In this document: one piece after another, positions 36,333 through 46,199 of the stretch
How positions within the stretch are numbered: position 1 is the first letter of the stretch
Layout of the letters: each line of letters opens with the position of its first letter
NCBI GenBank assembly: GCA_035650735.1
Contig: DASRGZ010000193.1
Location: forward strand, 1 to 56,039
Direction of reading: 5' to 3'
DNA from: Chthonomonadaceae bacterium
GTDB taxonomy: Bacteria > Armatimonadota > Chthonomonadetes > Chthonomonadales > Chthonomonadaceae
Length of the DNA: 56,039 bases
Program-made: the position numbers and the translations under genes
The notes under the pieces: generated by a model
Told to the model about the DNA's origin: nothing
The model's database searches: none
The model's input: the letters and a program-made list of their open reading frames with translations, nothing else

Positions 36333-37838
36333 ATGCAACGTCTCTTGATCGCCAATCGCGGCGAGATCGCCGTCCGTATCCTACGCGCCTGCCGGGAGGC
36401 CGGAATCTCTCCCATCGCGGTCTACTCAGAAGCCGACCGCGAGGCCCTGCATGTCGCCCTGGCGGATGCGGCCTACCCTATCGGCCCGGCCCCGGCGACA
36501 GAGAGCTACCTGCGCATAGAAAATCTCCTGCATGCGGCGCAGCAGGCCGGAGCGGATGCCCTCCACCCCGGCTACGGCTTCCTGTCCGAGAACGCCGATT
36601 TCGCGCAGGCGTGCGCCGAGGCCGGTATCACATTCGTCGGCCCGCCTGCGGAGGTCATCCGGCTGCTGGGGGATAAGATCGCGGCCAAGAAGCGTATGGA
36701 GGCGGCGGGCGTGCCCATCGTGCCGGGCTACAATGACGACGACCAATCCAACCGGCGGCTGCGTCAGGAAGCAAAGCAGATCGGAACACCTCTGCTCATC
36801 AAGGCAGCGGCGGGCGGCGGCGGGCGCGGAATGCGCGTTGTAGACGCTATAGAGGAGTTCGACACGGCGCTGGATGCGGCCCGGCGCGAAGCGCTGGCCG
36901 CCTTTGGCGACGACCGCGTGCTGCTGGAACGCTATATCTCCCGGCCCCGCCATATCGAGTTCCAGATTTTCGGAGATACGCAGGGGCACGTCGTCCACCT
37001 GTTCGAACGGGAATGCTCCATCCAGCGGCGGCACCAGAAGATCATCGAGGAAAGCCCCTCGCCCATCCTGACGCCGGAACTGCGGGCGCGCATGGCGCAG
37101 GCGGCGGTGCAGGCGGGCCTGGCGGCGGGCTACGTGAACGCCGGCACGGTCGAGTTCCTGCTGGAAGAGCGGCCTGACGGGGATCACCGCTTCTATTTCC
37201 TGGAGGTCAACACGCGCCTGCAAGTCGAGCACCCGGTCACGGAAGCCATCACCAACCGCGACCTAGTGCGCCTGCAATTTCACATTGCTGCCGGGGAACC
37301 GCTGCCCTTTACGCAGGAGCAGATCGCCGCTACCGGTCACGCGATGGAGGTGCGTCTCTATGCCGAGAACGCCGCTGCCGGTTTCCTGCCCTCGGTCGGG
37401 CGGCTGGCGCAGTGGATCGCGCCGGAGGGGCCGGGCGTGCGCGTGGATTCCGGCGTGGAGCGCGGCAGCGAGGTCACGCCCTACTACGACCCCATGCTGG
37501 CGAAGCTGATCGTTCACGGCGCGACGCGGGCGGAAACCCTGGCGCGCATGGAGCAGGCTCTACAAAACTTCCACGTTCTAGGCGTTCAGACCAATATTCC
37601 CTACCTGCTGGCGATCCTGCGTCATCCGGCATTTCAGACAGGCCAACTCTCGACCCGCTTCTTGCAGGAGCATTTCCAGAGTTGGAAGCCGCCACAGGCC
37701 ATTCCCACCGAAGTGCTGCTGGCGCTGGCGGCAGAAGCCGTCACCGCGACCGAAGCGCGCTCAAATCTGCCCGCTGCGGCGCTCGATGGTGATCCTTACA
37801 CTCCCTGGCGTGCGGGCAATGCCTGGCGCAATACCTGA
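36333..37838 (+). CDS. liuD: Biotin carboxylase subunit of methylcrotonyl-CoA carboxylase
   Basis: LIANRGEIA; HPGYGFLSEN; GGGGRGMR; ECSIQRRHQK; EVNTRLQVEH. Confidence 0.9.
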   Translation: MQRLLIANRGEIAVRILRACREAGISPIAVYSEADREALHVALADAAYPIGPAPATESYLRIENLLHAAQQAGADALHPGYGFLSENADFAQACAEAGITFVGPPAEVIRLLGDKIAAKKRMEAAGVPIVPGYNDDDQSNRRLRQEAKQIGTPLLIKAAAGGGGRGMRVVDAIEEFDTALDAARREALAAFGDDRVLLERYISRPRHIEFQIFGDTQGHVVHLFERECSIQRRHQKIIEESPSPILTPELRARMAQAAVQAGLAAGYVNAGTVEFLLEERPDGDHRFYFLEVNTRLQVEHPVTEAITNRDLVRLQFHIAAGEPLPFTQEQIAATGHAMEVRLYAENAAAGFLPSVGRLAQWIAPEGPGVRVDSGVERGSEVTPYYDPMLAKLIVHGATRAETLARMEQALQNFHVLGVQTNIPYLLAILRHPAFQTGQLSTRFLQEHFQSWKPPQAIPTEVLLALAAEAVTATEARSNLPAAALDGDPYTPWRAGNAWRNT

Positions 37839-37854
37839 AGAGCGTGAAGAGCGA

Positions 37855-38376
37855 ATGCAACTTCAATTCCAGCATAAAGATAACCTGATCGTTCTCGATG
37901 TCGAAAAGGACGGCGAAGGATGGCGCGTGCGTCTGCCGGACGGCACAGAGCGCCGCATTGTCCTCTGCCGCCGCCCTGACGATGTCCTCCAGATCGCCGA
38001 GATAGAGACAGATCGCTCGGGGGAGCGCGCATTTCGCATGCCGTTTGCGCGCACCGAGAACGGCCTGGAGTTTTCCTTTGCGGGCGCGTCCTATACCTTT
38101 ACGCCGGCAACGCGACAGGCAGGCGGCAGGCGTCGGTCCGCTTCGGGCGCGCTGACGGCCCCGATGGTCGGCACGGTCGCCGATGTTTTGGTGCAGGAAG
38201 GGCAGCGGGTCGAAGCCTACCAGCCTCTGGTGATTATCGAGGCGATGAAGGTCATGACGGCGGTGGAGGCGCCCTTTGCCGGTATCGTGAAGGCCATCCA
38301 TGTGCAGCCCAACCAGCGCGTTACGCACGGCGAAGCGGTCGCAGAGGTCTCCCCGCTGATGGAGGCAGAGGAGTAG
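37855..38376 (+). CDS. Biotin carboxyl carrier protein (separate C-terminal part of MCC alpha)
   Basis: APMVG...EAMKV biotinylation motif. Confidence 0.9.
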   Translation: MQLQFQHKDNLIVLDVEKDGEGWRVRLPDGTERRIVLCRRPDDVLQIAEIETDRSGERAFRMPFARTENGLEFSFAGASYTFTPATRQAGGRRRSASGALTAPMVGTVADVLVQEGQRVEAYQPLVIIEAMKVMTAVEAPFAGIVKAIHVQPNQRVTHGEAVAEVSPLMEAEE

Positions 38377-38380
38377 CGCA

Positions 38381-39298
38381 ATGGCAGCAGATTTTCTGGC
38401 GCAGGTTCCCGCGCGTGTACGCGTGGTGGAGGTCGGGCCGCGCGATGGGCTGCAAAACGAGGCCGCGCTTGTGCCGACCGAGGACAAGGTGCGGTTCGTG
38501 GAGATGCTGGCGGAGTCCGGGCTATCGGATATCGAGGTCACTTCGTTCGTCAGTCCGAAGCGCGTGCCGCAGTTGGCCGATGCCGAGGAGGTCTTTGCCC
38601 GCCTTACCCCGCGTCCCGGCGTGCGCTACTCCGCGCTGGTGCCCAACGCAAAGGGATTGGAGCGCGCCCTGGCCGCCGGCGTGCGCGCCATCGCGCTCTT
38701 CACCGCCGCCAGCGAAACCTTCAACCAGCGCAATATCGGCATGACCATCGCCGAGTCCCTGGAAGGCTTCCGCGCGCTGCTGCCCACCGCCCGCGCGCAC
38801 GGACTCTGGGTGCGCGCCTACGTCTCCACCGCCTTCGTCTGCCCCTACGAGGGCCAGATAGCGCCGGAGCAGGTCGTGGCTGTCGTGCAAGAGCTGGTCG
38901 CGATGGGCGTAGATGAGGTCTCCATCGGCGACACCATCGGTCACGCCACGCCGAACGCCGTCGCGCGGCTAACAGAGGCACTGCGGCCCGTGCTGCCCCT
39001 GGAGCGCACCGCCTACCATTTTCATGATACGCGCGGCACGGCGCTCGCCAACGTCCTGATGGCCCTCCAGTACGGCGTTGCCATCTTGGATTCGGCGGCG
39101 GGCGGCGCGGGCGGATGTCCTTTCGCTCCCGGCGCGGCGGGCAACCTGGCGACCGAAGACCTCCTCTACCTGCTGCATGGCATGGGCATTGAGACGGGCG
39201 TGAGTCTAGAGCAGGTCGTCGCCGCCTCGCGCTTCCTGGAAACCCGGCTCGGCCATCCCCTGCCCGGCAAATACCTGCAAGGGGCTAAGAGAATCTAG
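38381..39298 (+). CDS. liuE: Hydroxymethylglutaryl-CoA lyase
   Basis: EVGPRDGLQNE; GDTIG; HFHDTRG; GGCPFAPGAAGN. Confidence 0.95.
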   Translation: MAADFLAQVPARVRVVEVGPRDGLQNEAALVPTEDKVRFVEMLAESGLSDIEVTSFVSPKRVPQLADAEEVFARLTPRPGVRYSALVPNAKGLERALAAGVRAIALFTAASETFNQRNIGMTIAESLEGFRALLPTARAHGLWVRAYVSTAFVCPYEGQIAPEQVVAVVQELVAMGVDEVSIGDTIGHATPNAVARLTEALRPVLPLERTAYHFHDTRGTALANVLMALQYGVAILDSAAGGAGGCPFAPGAAGNLATEDLLYLLHGMGIETGVSLEQVVAASRFLETRLGHPLPGKYLQGAKRI

Positions 39299-40827
39299 AG
39301 CCGCAGCCCGACGATCTTGAGCGCGTAGGCATGGTCACAGGGCTTCCGGTCGGGCAGCGTGACGGTCAGGCCGTCGGCATTGCGCGACCACTCCAGCCTG
39401 CCCACCTGCCCGAGCAGGCGGATCTCGCTGACCTCGCCGGCTGCCAGGGGCGAGTTCGTGCCGAGCGACTTGAGGGTAAGCTGCCTGCCGGGCCAGGCCA
39501 GGGCGATGGCATAGAGCGTATTGCCCTTAACGGTAAATCGAAGGTCCTCCCCGGTGAACTCCGGCCGCTTGGTGTCGTTGAAAGAGCCCTCGACGATCTG
39601 GGTCGGCCCCTCGCCAAACACCTTCCAGGGCCGGGCGCCATAGATGGCTTCGCCGTTGACCGCCAGCCACCGCCCAATCTCCCGCAGGATCTGCTCCTCC
39701 GGTTCGGGGATGGTCCCGTCCGGGCGGGGCCCGATATTTAAGAGCAGCGCGCCGTTCTTGCTGACGATGTCTACCAGATCGCCGATAATCGCGCCCGCCG
39801 TCTTGTAGTCCTGTTCCTTGACATAGCCCCAGGAGTTTTTCGAGACAGAGGTATCCGTCTGCCAGAAGAGCGGGCGAATACCGCCCAACTGCCCGCGCTC
39901 GATGTCCAGCACAGCGGCCCGCTCGGGGAATGCCTGGTGCTTATAGTTGATGGCCACGCCCCGTCCCCACTGCGCGCCCCGGTTGTAGTAGTACGCGGCG
40001 AACTTCTGAAGGTAAGGCTTGAAGGCAGGCTGCTCGATCCACCAATCAAACCAGACCAGTTGCGGCTGATACTTATCCACCAGCTCGCAAGTGCGGGCCA
40101 GCCAGTCATCGAGAAACGCCTGGTTCGGCTGTGTGTTCTCCGGCTCAGCCGGGCCATAGAGTCCGGCATAGTGTGGATCCTGCACATCCGAGGGGAACTT
40201 CCTGCCGCCGTCAAAGAACCACCAGTGCTCGGCCCGATGCGAGGAGAGGCCGAACACCAGTCCCCGCTTCCGCACAGCGGCGGCCAGCTCGCCGACGATA
40301 TCGCGCTTCGGACCCATCTTCGCCGCGCACCACTCGGAAAGCCCACAATCGTACATGGCAAAGCCGTCATGGTGCTCCGCCACCGGCACGACAAACTTCG
40401 CGCCCGCCGCCTCAAAGAGCGCAGCCCAGTGATCCGGGTCGAATTTCTCCGCCCTGAACGCCGGGATAAAGTCCTTGTATCCGAACTTATCCTGTGGGCC
40501 GTAGGTCGCAACGTGATGCTGGAACTCCTTCGAGCCCTGCTGGTACATATTGCGCGGATACCATTCGTTTCCAAAGGCCGGAACGGAGTAGACGCCCCAG
40601 TGGATGAAGATGCCGAACTTGGCATTCTGATACCACTCAGGCGTCGTGTGCGTTTCCAGAGATTCCCAGGCGGCGTTGTAAGGCCCCCCGGCAATGACAT
40701 GGGCGATAGCCTGCATCGCTTTCTCCTCTTTGTTGTCGCCGGCCCACGCCGAGCCGCTCGACTGCGCTGCCAGCGCCAGCAGCATCAGCAAACCGAGCCG
40801 ACCCAGAGTTTGCCTTCCATCGCGCAT
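39295..40827 (-). CDS. Secreted alpha-L-fucosidase (GH29)
   Basis: Signal peptide; KFGIFIHWG; EHHDGF; VWFDW; LLLNIGP. Confidence 0.93.
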   Translation of the reverse strand: MRDGRQTLGRLGLLMLLALAAQSSGSAWAGDNKEEKAMQAIAHVIAGGPYNAAWESLETHTTPEWYQNAKFGIFIHWGVYSVPAFGNEWYPRNMYQQGSKEFQHHVATYGPQDKFGYKDFIPAFRAEKFDPDHWAALFEAAGAKFVVPVAEHHDGFAMYDCGLSEWCAAKMGPKRDIVGELAAAVRKRGLVFGLSSHRAEHWWFFDGGRKFPSDVQDPHYAGLYGPAEPENTQPNQAFLDDWLARTCELVDKYQPQLVWFDWWIEQPAFKPYLQKFAAYYYNRGAQWGRGVAINYKHQAFPERAAVLDIERGQLGGIRPLFWQTDTSVSKNSWGYVKEQDYKTAGAIIGDLVDIVSKNGALLLNIGPRPDGTIPEPEEQILREIGRWLAVNGEAIYGARPWKVFGEGPTQIVEGSFNDTKRPEFTGEDLRFTVKGNTLYAIALAWPGRQLTLKSLGTNSPLAAGEVSEIRLLGQVGRLEWSRNADGLTVTLPDRKPCDHAYALKIVGLRL

Positions 40828-40881
40828 CTTGGCTCCTGCCTCGTTTGTTCTAGGCTATCGGGAGGACTTTGTTGGACGCTC

Positions 40882-42381
40882 TTAACCTGCCGCCAGCACC
40901 GCCGTCTGCACCGCGCAGGGAGGAACCTGGAATGTGAAGGTGGCGCCATCGGCAGAGAGCGCCGTCTCCGTGATCCGCACGCGCTCCGGCGCTTCGACGG
41001 AGTTGACCGCGTTGGGCGCGTCGCCGGTGAGCGTCAGCAGCGTACCCGCGCCCAGCCGGAGGCCGCGCACCGAGATAGCCACCTCCAGAGGCTGGTTGTA
41101 ATGGCGGTTGCTCAGGCTCACCGCGACCTGTCCGTCCTTGCGCGAGGCGGAAGCCGAGAGCAGCGGCAGCGGCGGGGCCGCCGAATGCGGCGCTTCCCAG
41201 AGCGTGCCCAGCGCGGGCGCCTCGACCGTCGGGCACTCCAGATCCACCCGCAGCGCCTCCGCCCCCCGGTGTGCCCGGTACAGAGCAAAAAGATGGTAGG
41301 TCGGAGTGAGCCACATAGCTTCCCCCTCGGTCTGGATCAGGCATTGGAGCACATTGATGATCTGGGCGAGGTTGGCCATGGTCACGCGATGGCACCAGCG
41401 ATGGAACACGTCGAGCACGCCGGCAGCGGCGACCGCATCCCGGAGGGTGTTGGGGGCTTCGTAGCCGCAGCCGAGCGCCGCCTCCGGGTGCCAGACGCCC
41501 CACTCGTCGAAGGCGATGCCCACAAAGCGCCGGCCCGCCGTAAAGAAGCGCAGTATCTCGTCCGTGAAGCGGATGTCCTCCTCGACCAGCGCGCCGGCCC
41601 GCATGATCTGGTAGTACTGGCTTTCCGTAAACTCGGCGGCGGGCCCCGCCGTGTAGTATTGATGCACCGAGAGGTGGTCCAGATAGCTCAGATGGTGGCG
41701 CAGCGTCTCCACCACCTTGAGGTTCCAATCGCGGGTGTTGTGCCCACAGGCGATTAACTCGATGGTCGGGTCGGCCATCCTCAGGAAGGTGGCGAAGCGG
41801 CGGAACTCTTTGGCGTAGTCGGTCGGCTCGTAGTGGCCGCCACAGCCCCAGTTCTCGTTGCCCACGCCCCAGTAGCGCACGTTCATGGGTTCCGGGTGAC
41901 CGTTGGCCGCACGCTCCCGCACCAGGGAGGTATCCAGCTCGCCGTTGCAGTAGTGGACCCAGTCCATCATCTCCTGGGGCGAGCCAGAGCCGAGATTGCC
42001 CGCCAGATAGGGCGCGGCGCCGATCTGGCGGCATAGCTGGATGAACTCATGGGTTCCCAGGCCGTTGTCCTCAACCACCCGCAGGCCGCAGCTCTCGCCC
42101 AGCGTGCGCGGGCGCGATGGGAGCGGGCCGATGCCGTCCCGCCAGTGATAGCTATCGGCATAGCAGCCGCCCGGCCAGCGCAGGATCGGGATGCCGAGCG
42201 CTTTGAGCGCGGCCAACGCATCGGATCGGAAGCCGCCTATGTTGGGGAGGGAAGAGTCGGGGCCGACCCACAGCCCCTCGTTGCAGCAGCGGCCAATGTG
42301 CTCGGCAAAGTGCCCGTGCAGCAGAGGCGAAATGGTGCCGATGGGCTCGTCGGCCATCAGGGTCAGTCGGGCATCAGGCAT
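40882..42381 (-). CDS. alpha-L-arabinofuranosidase (GH51)
   Basis: RWPGGC; WGVGNENWGCGG; FDEWG; MANLAQ..NVLQ. Confidence 0.93.
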   Translation of the reverse strand: MPDARLTLMADEPIGTISPLLHGHFAEHIGRCCNEGLWVGPDSSLPNIGGFRSDALAALKALGIPILRWPGGCYADSYHWRDGIGPLPSRPRTLGESCGLRVVEDNGLGTHEFIQLCRQIGAAPYLAGNLGSGSPQEMMDWVHYCNGELDTSLVRERAANGHPEPMNVRYWGVGNENWGCGGHYEPTDYAKEFRRFATFLRMADPTIELIACGHNTRDWNLKVVETLRHHLSYLDHLSVHQYYTAGPAAEFTESQYYQIMRAGALVEEDIRFTDEILRFFTAGRRFVGIAFDEWGVWHPEAALGCGYEAPNTLRDAVAAAGVLDVFHRWCHRVTMANLAQIINVLQCLIQTEGEAMWLTPTYHLFALYRAHRGAEALRVDLECPTVEAPALGTLWEAPHSAAPPLPLLSASASRKDGQVAVSLSNRHYNQPLEVAISVRGLRLGAGTLLTLTGDAPNAVNSVEAPERVRITETALSADGATFTFQVPPCAVQTAVLAAG

Positions 42382-42472
42382 GGTGATTCGCAGATCCTCC
42401 TATGAGTTTAAGGATAAGCAGGTTTCCCCTCAATCCTCCCTGCGCGGGGCGCGCCACCGAGCATGAAAACGC

Positions 42473-42513
42473 CTCTCCCCTCTCCTTGCGAAGGAGAGGG
42501 GGCGGGGGTGAGG
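42473..42513. repeat. Family B palindromic repeat
   Basis: CTCTCCCCTCTCCTTGCGAAGGAGAGGGGGCGGGGGTGAGG. Confidence 0.7.
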
Positions 42514-42526
42514 TTTTATTTTCACG

Positions 42527-45013
42527 TCAGGCAGGAATGCTCTCCGTAATAGCGGGCATCGTAACCATCACCTGCCCGCCCCCGCCGGGCCGATTGCCAA
42601 AGCAGACCTCCGCATTCAGATCCCAGCGGGCGATATGGTCAACAAGCGCCAGGCCCGTATTCTGGGCAATCCGCGGGTCGAAGTCTTCGGAGAAGCCGGG
42701 GCCGTTGTCCATGACCTCCAGGACGGCCCTGTCGGCGACGATGTGAAACCGTATCTGCACCTCACCCTGCCCATATTTGAGCGCGTTCGTGATCAATTCG
42801 TTGACGACAATGGCCAGCGAGGAGGCCTGCCGCGCCGACAGGCGAAACTCCTCAATATCAGCCTGAATGTGGGCTCCCGGTGCGGTCTGGCGGAGTAGCT
42901 CCATAAGTTGACTCAATATCTCATGAGCCGAGACGTAGTTGGCCTCCCCGCCCTCACTGGCCTGCTGAGTCAGGATGCCATGCACGGCAGCCAGGGCGCG
43001 TACCTGGCTGCCCAATCGCCTGAGCTCTTCGACGGGCACCATTTCCATCCCTTCCGGCGCAGGCATATCCGCCAGGGCCGCGATCAGTTGGAGGCTATTG
43101 CGTACCCGGTGGTGGGTCTCCCGCATGGCGCGGCGCAGGCGCTCATTAAGAGCGGCGATCTCCTGCAGATGTTCCTGCCGCTCGCGCAGCATCAGGGCGT
43201 TTCCCAGCGCAATGCCGGCGCTGGCCGCTAATCCCTGCAGCAGCGCCAGGTCGTTCTGGTCAAACGGCTGGCGACCCGCCTTGTTATGCAGCGCAAAGCA
43301 GCCCAGGAGGCTGCCCTTGCCGTCAAAGAGAGGGACAGCGATCACGTTATAATATCCGTACTGGCGCTGCAGGTGCGGCAGGACATGAGCGTCATGGGCA
43401 GCATCATTGGCAATATAAGGCGACTTCGTGGCCAGGACCCAGCCCGGCACGCCTATGCCCGGCTCAAAGGCATAGTCCAGCGGTCGGCTCTGGCCCTCTG
43501 CGATATACTCCCGGAAGACCATCCGGCCGTTTTCGACCAGGGCCCAGGCGCCAACCTGGGCCTCCACCAACTCCAGCGACGCGTCTATGAGCGCGCGCAT
43601 GATGACCGGGACTTCCAGGACGGCATTGATCTTCTGGCTGGCCTGGGAGAGGATCTGGAGCTTGCGGTTCTGCTGCTGAGCGGCCTGGTAGAGGCGCGCA
43701 TTATCCACGGCCAGCGCGGCCTTGTGGGCCAGGTCTTCGGCGATGGCGAGATCGGCTGTCGTGTAGTGACGCCCGGACTCCGCCGCAATGAAGGTGATAG
43801 CGCCTAAGGTACGTCCCCGCGCCTTCATGGGGGCGATGATCACCGAGGTGAAGCCGACCTCCCGCAGGATACGCAGATGTTCCTCATCTTCAGCGGTAAG
43901 GACGAGCAGCTCATCGGAAATCTCCGGATAGAGCTCTGATCGTCCCGTGCGCAGGACGTTGTACACACCCCGAGGCACCTCGGGATCCGGGGGATAGCGC
44001 CGCTGCAATTCCTCTGCCCATTTGAGTTTCTCCGGAATACTGTGGGCTATGGTCAACTGGCGTACTGTGCCGTCCTCCTGCACCACATGCACGATACACC
44101 AATCCGCCAGATGCGGGACGGCGAGATGGGCGATGTTGATCAGGGTGGTCTCATAATCGAGCGAGGAGGCCAGCAAGGCGCTGGCCTCGGCGAGAAAACG
44201 CTGGGCTGCCTCTTCCCGCTTCCGCTGGGTAATGTCACGGGCAATCGTGGAGGCGCCGATGATCTGGCCGTTAGCGTCCCGAACCGGAGAGACGCTGATG
44301 AGGATATCAATCCGGGTGCCATCCTTGCACCGCCGCGCCGTCTCATAGCGTTCAATTCGCTCGCCGTGCCTGATCCTTTCCAGGATCGAGGGCAGTTCAT
44401 TGGCCATATCGGGCGAAATGACCAGCGTTTTTGATCTGCCAATCATCTCTTCGGCTGTATAGCCATAGAGCCGCTCGGCTCCCCGGTTCCAGTCCGTAAC
44501 GATACCGTTCAGATCCGTAGCCAGGATCGCATCCTCCGAGGACTCCACGATAGCCGCCAACCGCTGCTGTGTCTCTGCTGCCTTCCCACGTTCCGTAATA
44601 TCCATTAACACGCCTACGACGCGGACCGCCTTGCCAGCGTTATCGCTGAAGACCTTGCCATAGGCGGCGATCCATCGGGAACTGCCCTCCGGCGGGAGCA
44701 CGCGGAATTCGATACTGTAGTCTGCTCTGTCCTGGACGGCCTTCTCGATCTCCTGGCGGACGCGATCCCGGTCCTCCGGATGGAGGATGCGCAGGAAGCC
44801 CTCAAAGGTGCCGCCGAATGCGCCTGGAGACATGCCAAGGACGGCCTCCAGGTTCTCCGACCAGGTGATCTGCCCGGTCTGGATGTTCCGCTCCCAGATG
44901 CCGATATGGGCGGCCTCCAGGGCCATCCACAGCCACGACTCCCTCTGCTGCGGCCCGGCGGGTTCCGGGGTGCTGCCAGGTTCGCCCTTCGCAGGCGCGC
45001 TGCGTTTCCCCAT
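42527..45013 (-). CDS. Cytoplasmic PAS-PAS-GAF-GAF sensor kinase, HisKA_2 (PdtaS/EutW-type)
   Basis: H-box ETHHRVRNSLQ; NELITNALKY; DNGPG; TGL. Confidence 0.9.
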   Translation of the reverse strand: MGKRSAPAKGEPGSTPEPAGPQQRESWLWMALEAAHIGIWERNIQTGQITWSENLEAVLGMSPGAFGGTFEGFLRILHPEDRDRVRQEIEKAVQDRADYSIEFRVLPPEGSSRWIAAYGKVFSDNAGKAVRVVGVLMDITERGKAAETQQRLAAIVESSEDAILATDLNGIVTDWNRGAERLYGYTAEEMIGRSKTLVISPDMANELPSILERIRHGERIERYETARRCKDGTRIDILISVSPVRDANGQIIGASTIARDITQRKREEAAQRFLAEASALLASSLDYETTLINIAHLAVPHLADWCIVHVVQEDGTVRQLTIAHSIPEKLKWAEELQRRYPPDPEVPRGVYNVLRTGRSELYPEISDELLVLTAEDEEHLRILREVGFTSVIIAPMKARGRTLGAITFIAAESGRHYTTADLAIAEDLAHKAALAVDNARLYQAAQQQNRKLQILSQASQKINAVLEVPVIMRALIDASLELVEAQVGAWALVENGRMVFREYIAEGQSRPLDYAFEPGIGVPGWVLATKSPYIANDAAHDAHVLPHLQRQYGYYNVIAVPLFDGKGSLLGCFALHNKAGRQPFDQNDLALLQGLAASAGIALGNALMLRERQEHLQEIAALNERLRRAMRETHHRVRNSLQLIAALADMPAPEGMEMVPVEELRRLGSQVRALAAVHGILTQQASEGGEANYVSAHEILSQLMELLRQTAPGAHIQADIEEFRLSARQASSLAIVVNELITNALKYGQGEVQIRFHIVADRAVLEVMDNGPGFSEDFDPRIAQNTGLALVDHIARWDLNAEVCFGNRPGGGGQVMVTMPAITESIPA

Positions 45014-45190
45014 AGGACTCTCTTCCGACAAGGTGACTACTGCTCCTATAACCGTTCTCTAGTACGATGGTTTGATACGATTCACTGCGGAGAGGAAGTT
45101 TCGAAGGAGAAGCTTCCTTGCGTGGGGTACACCTTCGTCACACTATCGCGTTTTTCCTCTTGGGCAGCAACACAATCGGCCAGTTTCCGC

Positions 45191-45219
45191 TTGCATTTCG
45201 CCTGCACCTATGCTATAAT
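45191..45219 (+). promoter_or_regulatory. sigma-70 promoter of tRNA-Arg
   Basis: TTGCAT-N17-TATAAT with extended -10 TG. Confidence 0.75.
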
Positions 45220-45336
45220 TCGTAGGGAAAGGGTCCCACCCGGCAAGGTTAGTGTTCCCGATCTGTGGCCTTGCGCCGCAGGAACAGGGGTTATATCCCG
45301 CCCAAAGCCCTCACGCGAAGGTTGGCTTCGTTTTCT

Positions 45337-45409
45337 GCGCCTGTAGCTCAGTGGATAGAGCGTTTGCCTCCGGAGCAAAAGGTCGTGCGTTCGAATCGCG
45401 CCAGGCGCG
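45337..45409 (+). tRNA. tRNA-Arg (anticodon CCG), CCA not encoded
   Basis: Acceptor GCGCCTG/CAGGCGC; TAGCTCAGTGGATAGAGC; TTTGC-CTCCGGA-GCAAA; GTTCGAATC. Confidence 0.97.
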
Positions 45410-45455
45410 TTTTTGACCTTGAGTCGCCACTACGAGGCGAATCTCTTAGGGTGTG

Positions 45456-45494
45456 AAGCAGGGGGTTAGAGCATCCGTTCTAGCCCCCTGCTTT
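45456..45494 (+). terminator. Intrinsic terminator after tRNA-Arg
   Basis: AAGCAGGGGGTTAGA / TCTAGCCCCCTGCTTT. Confidence 0.7.
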
Positions 45495-45629
45495 GTATCT
45501 ATAGAGGAACCTCTTCGAGCGTCCAAAGCGGGGAAGACGGCGGGATGACCCAGACCTTGTCTTATGCTGCCTGAGCGCTGATGCCTGGATCAAGTCTAGC
45601 GTAGCGTGTGGCTAACGGCCAATGGTCTC

Positions 45630-45962
45630 TCAGAACGCCTTGGCGCGCAGGGAGGGCAGGGAAGTGCATAGACGCGCCAGCATAGCGCGGCGCTGCGCCT
45701 GGCACTGCGCTTGCCGCTCCAGAGTGCAGGCGCTCAGGCCAATCTCCTTGCCGTCCGGGCCCTGAAGACGGCCTGGGTTTAGCAGGCACCGATGCTGTAG
45801 TCCGCTCGATCCAGGCCCATTTTCGGCGGAGCCGGAAGGGGACGCAGGCAGCAGGGCGGCCTGATAAAACGCGCAACGGGAAGCAGGGGCGTTTTCCGCG
45901 ATGCGCTCCTGCGGGACGTCTGGCTCGGATGGCATAGCTTCGTCTTCTTTCGTCTTTTCCAT
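45630..45962 (-). CDS. Small Cys-containing hypothetical protein (110 aa)
   Basis: CAGGAG SD; five Cys (CAFY, HRC, ACT, QCQ, LCT). Confidence 0.55.
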   Translation of the reverse strand: MEKTKEDEAMPSEPDVPQERIAENAPASRCAFYQAALLPASPSGSAENGPGSSGLQHRCLLNPGRLQGPDGKEIGLSACTLERQAQCQAQRRAMLARLCTSLPSLRAKAF

Positions 45963-46199
45963 GAATTGGCGCTCCTGAAACCTGCCCGTTGGCGCAGCGT
46001 GGAGAGCCCATCTGCAAACGCTCAAAAAGAGCGCCCGCTATGATAGATACGCAAAAATCGGACCCTCCTGTATCCTTCTTTCCATTATTTTCCCCAAAAT
46101 TGCGGAAGTTGTTGCTACTGGCTGCAATAGCCACGAACCGTACCGGGGCCATCGGGCTGCCTCCCTTGCCACTCGTCGCTCGTTGCTGGGGGCTTCGGT

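Noticed and set aside
39937..42034. 606-aa plus-strand and 394-aa alternative-frame ORFs
   Set aside because: Shadows of the GH29 and GH51 genes.
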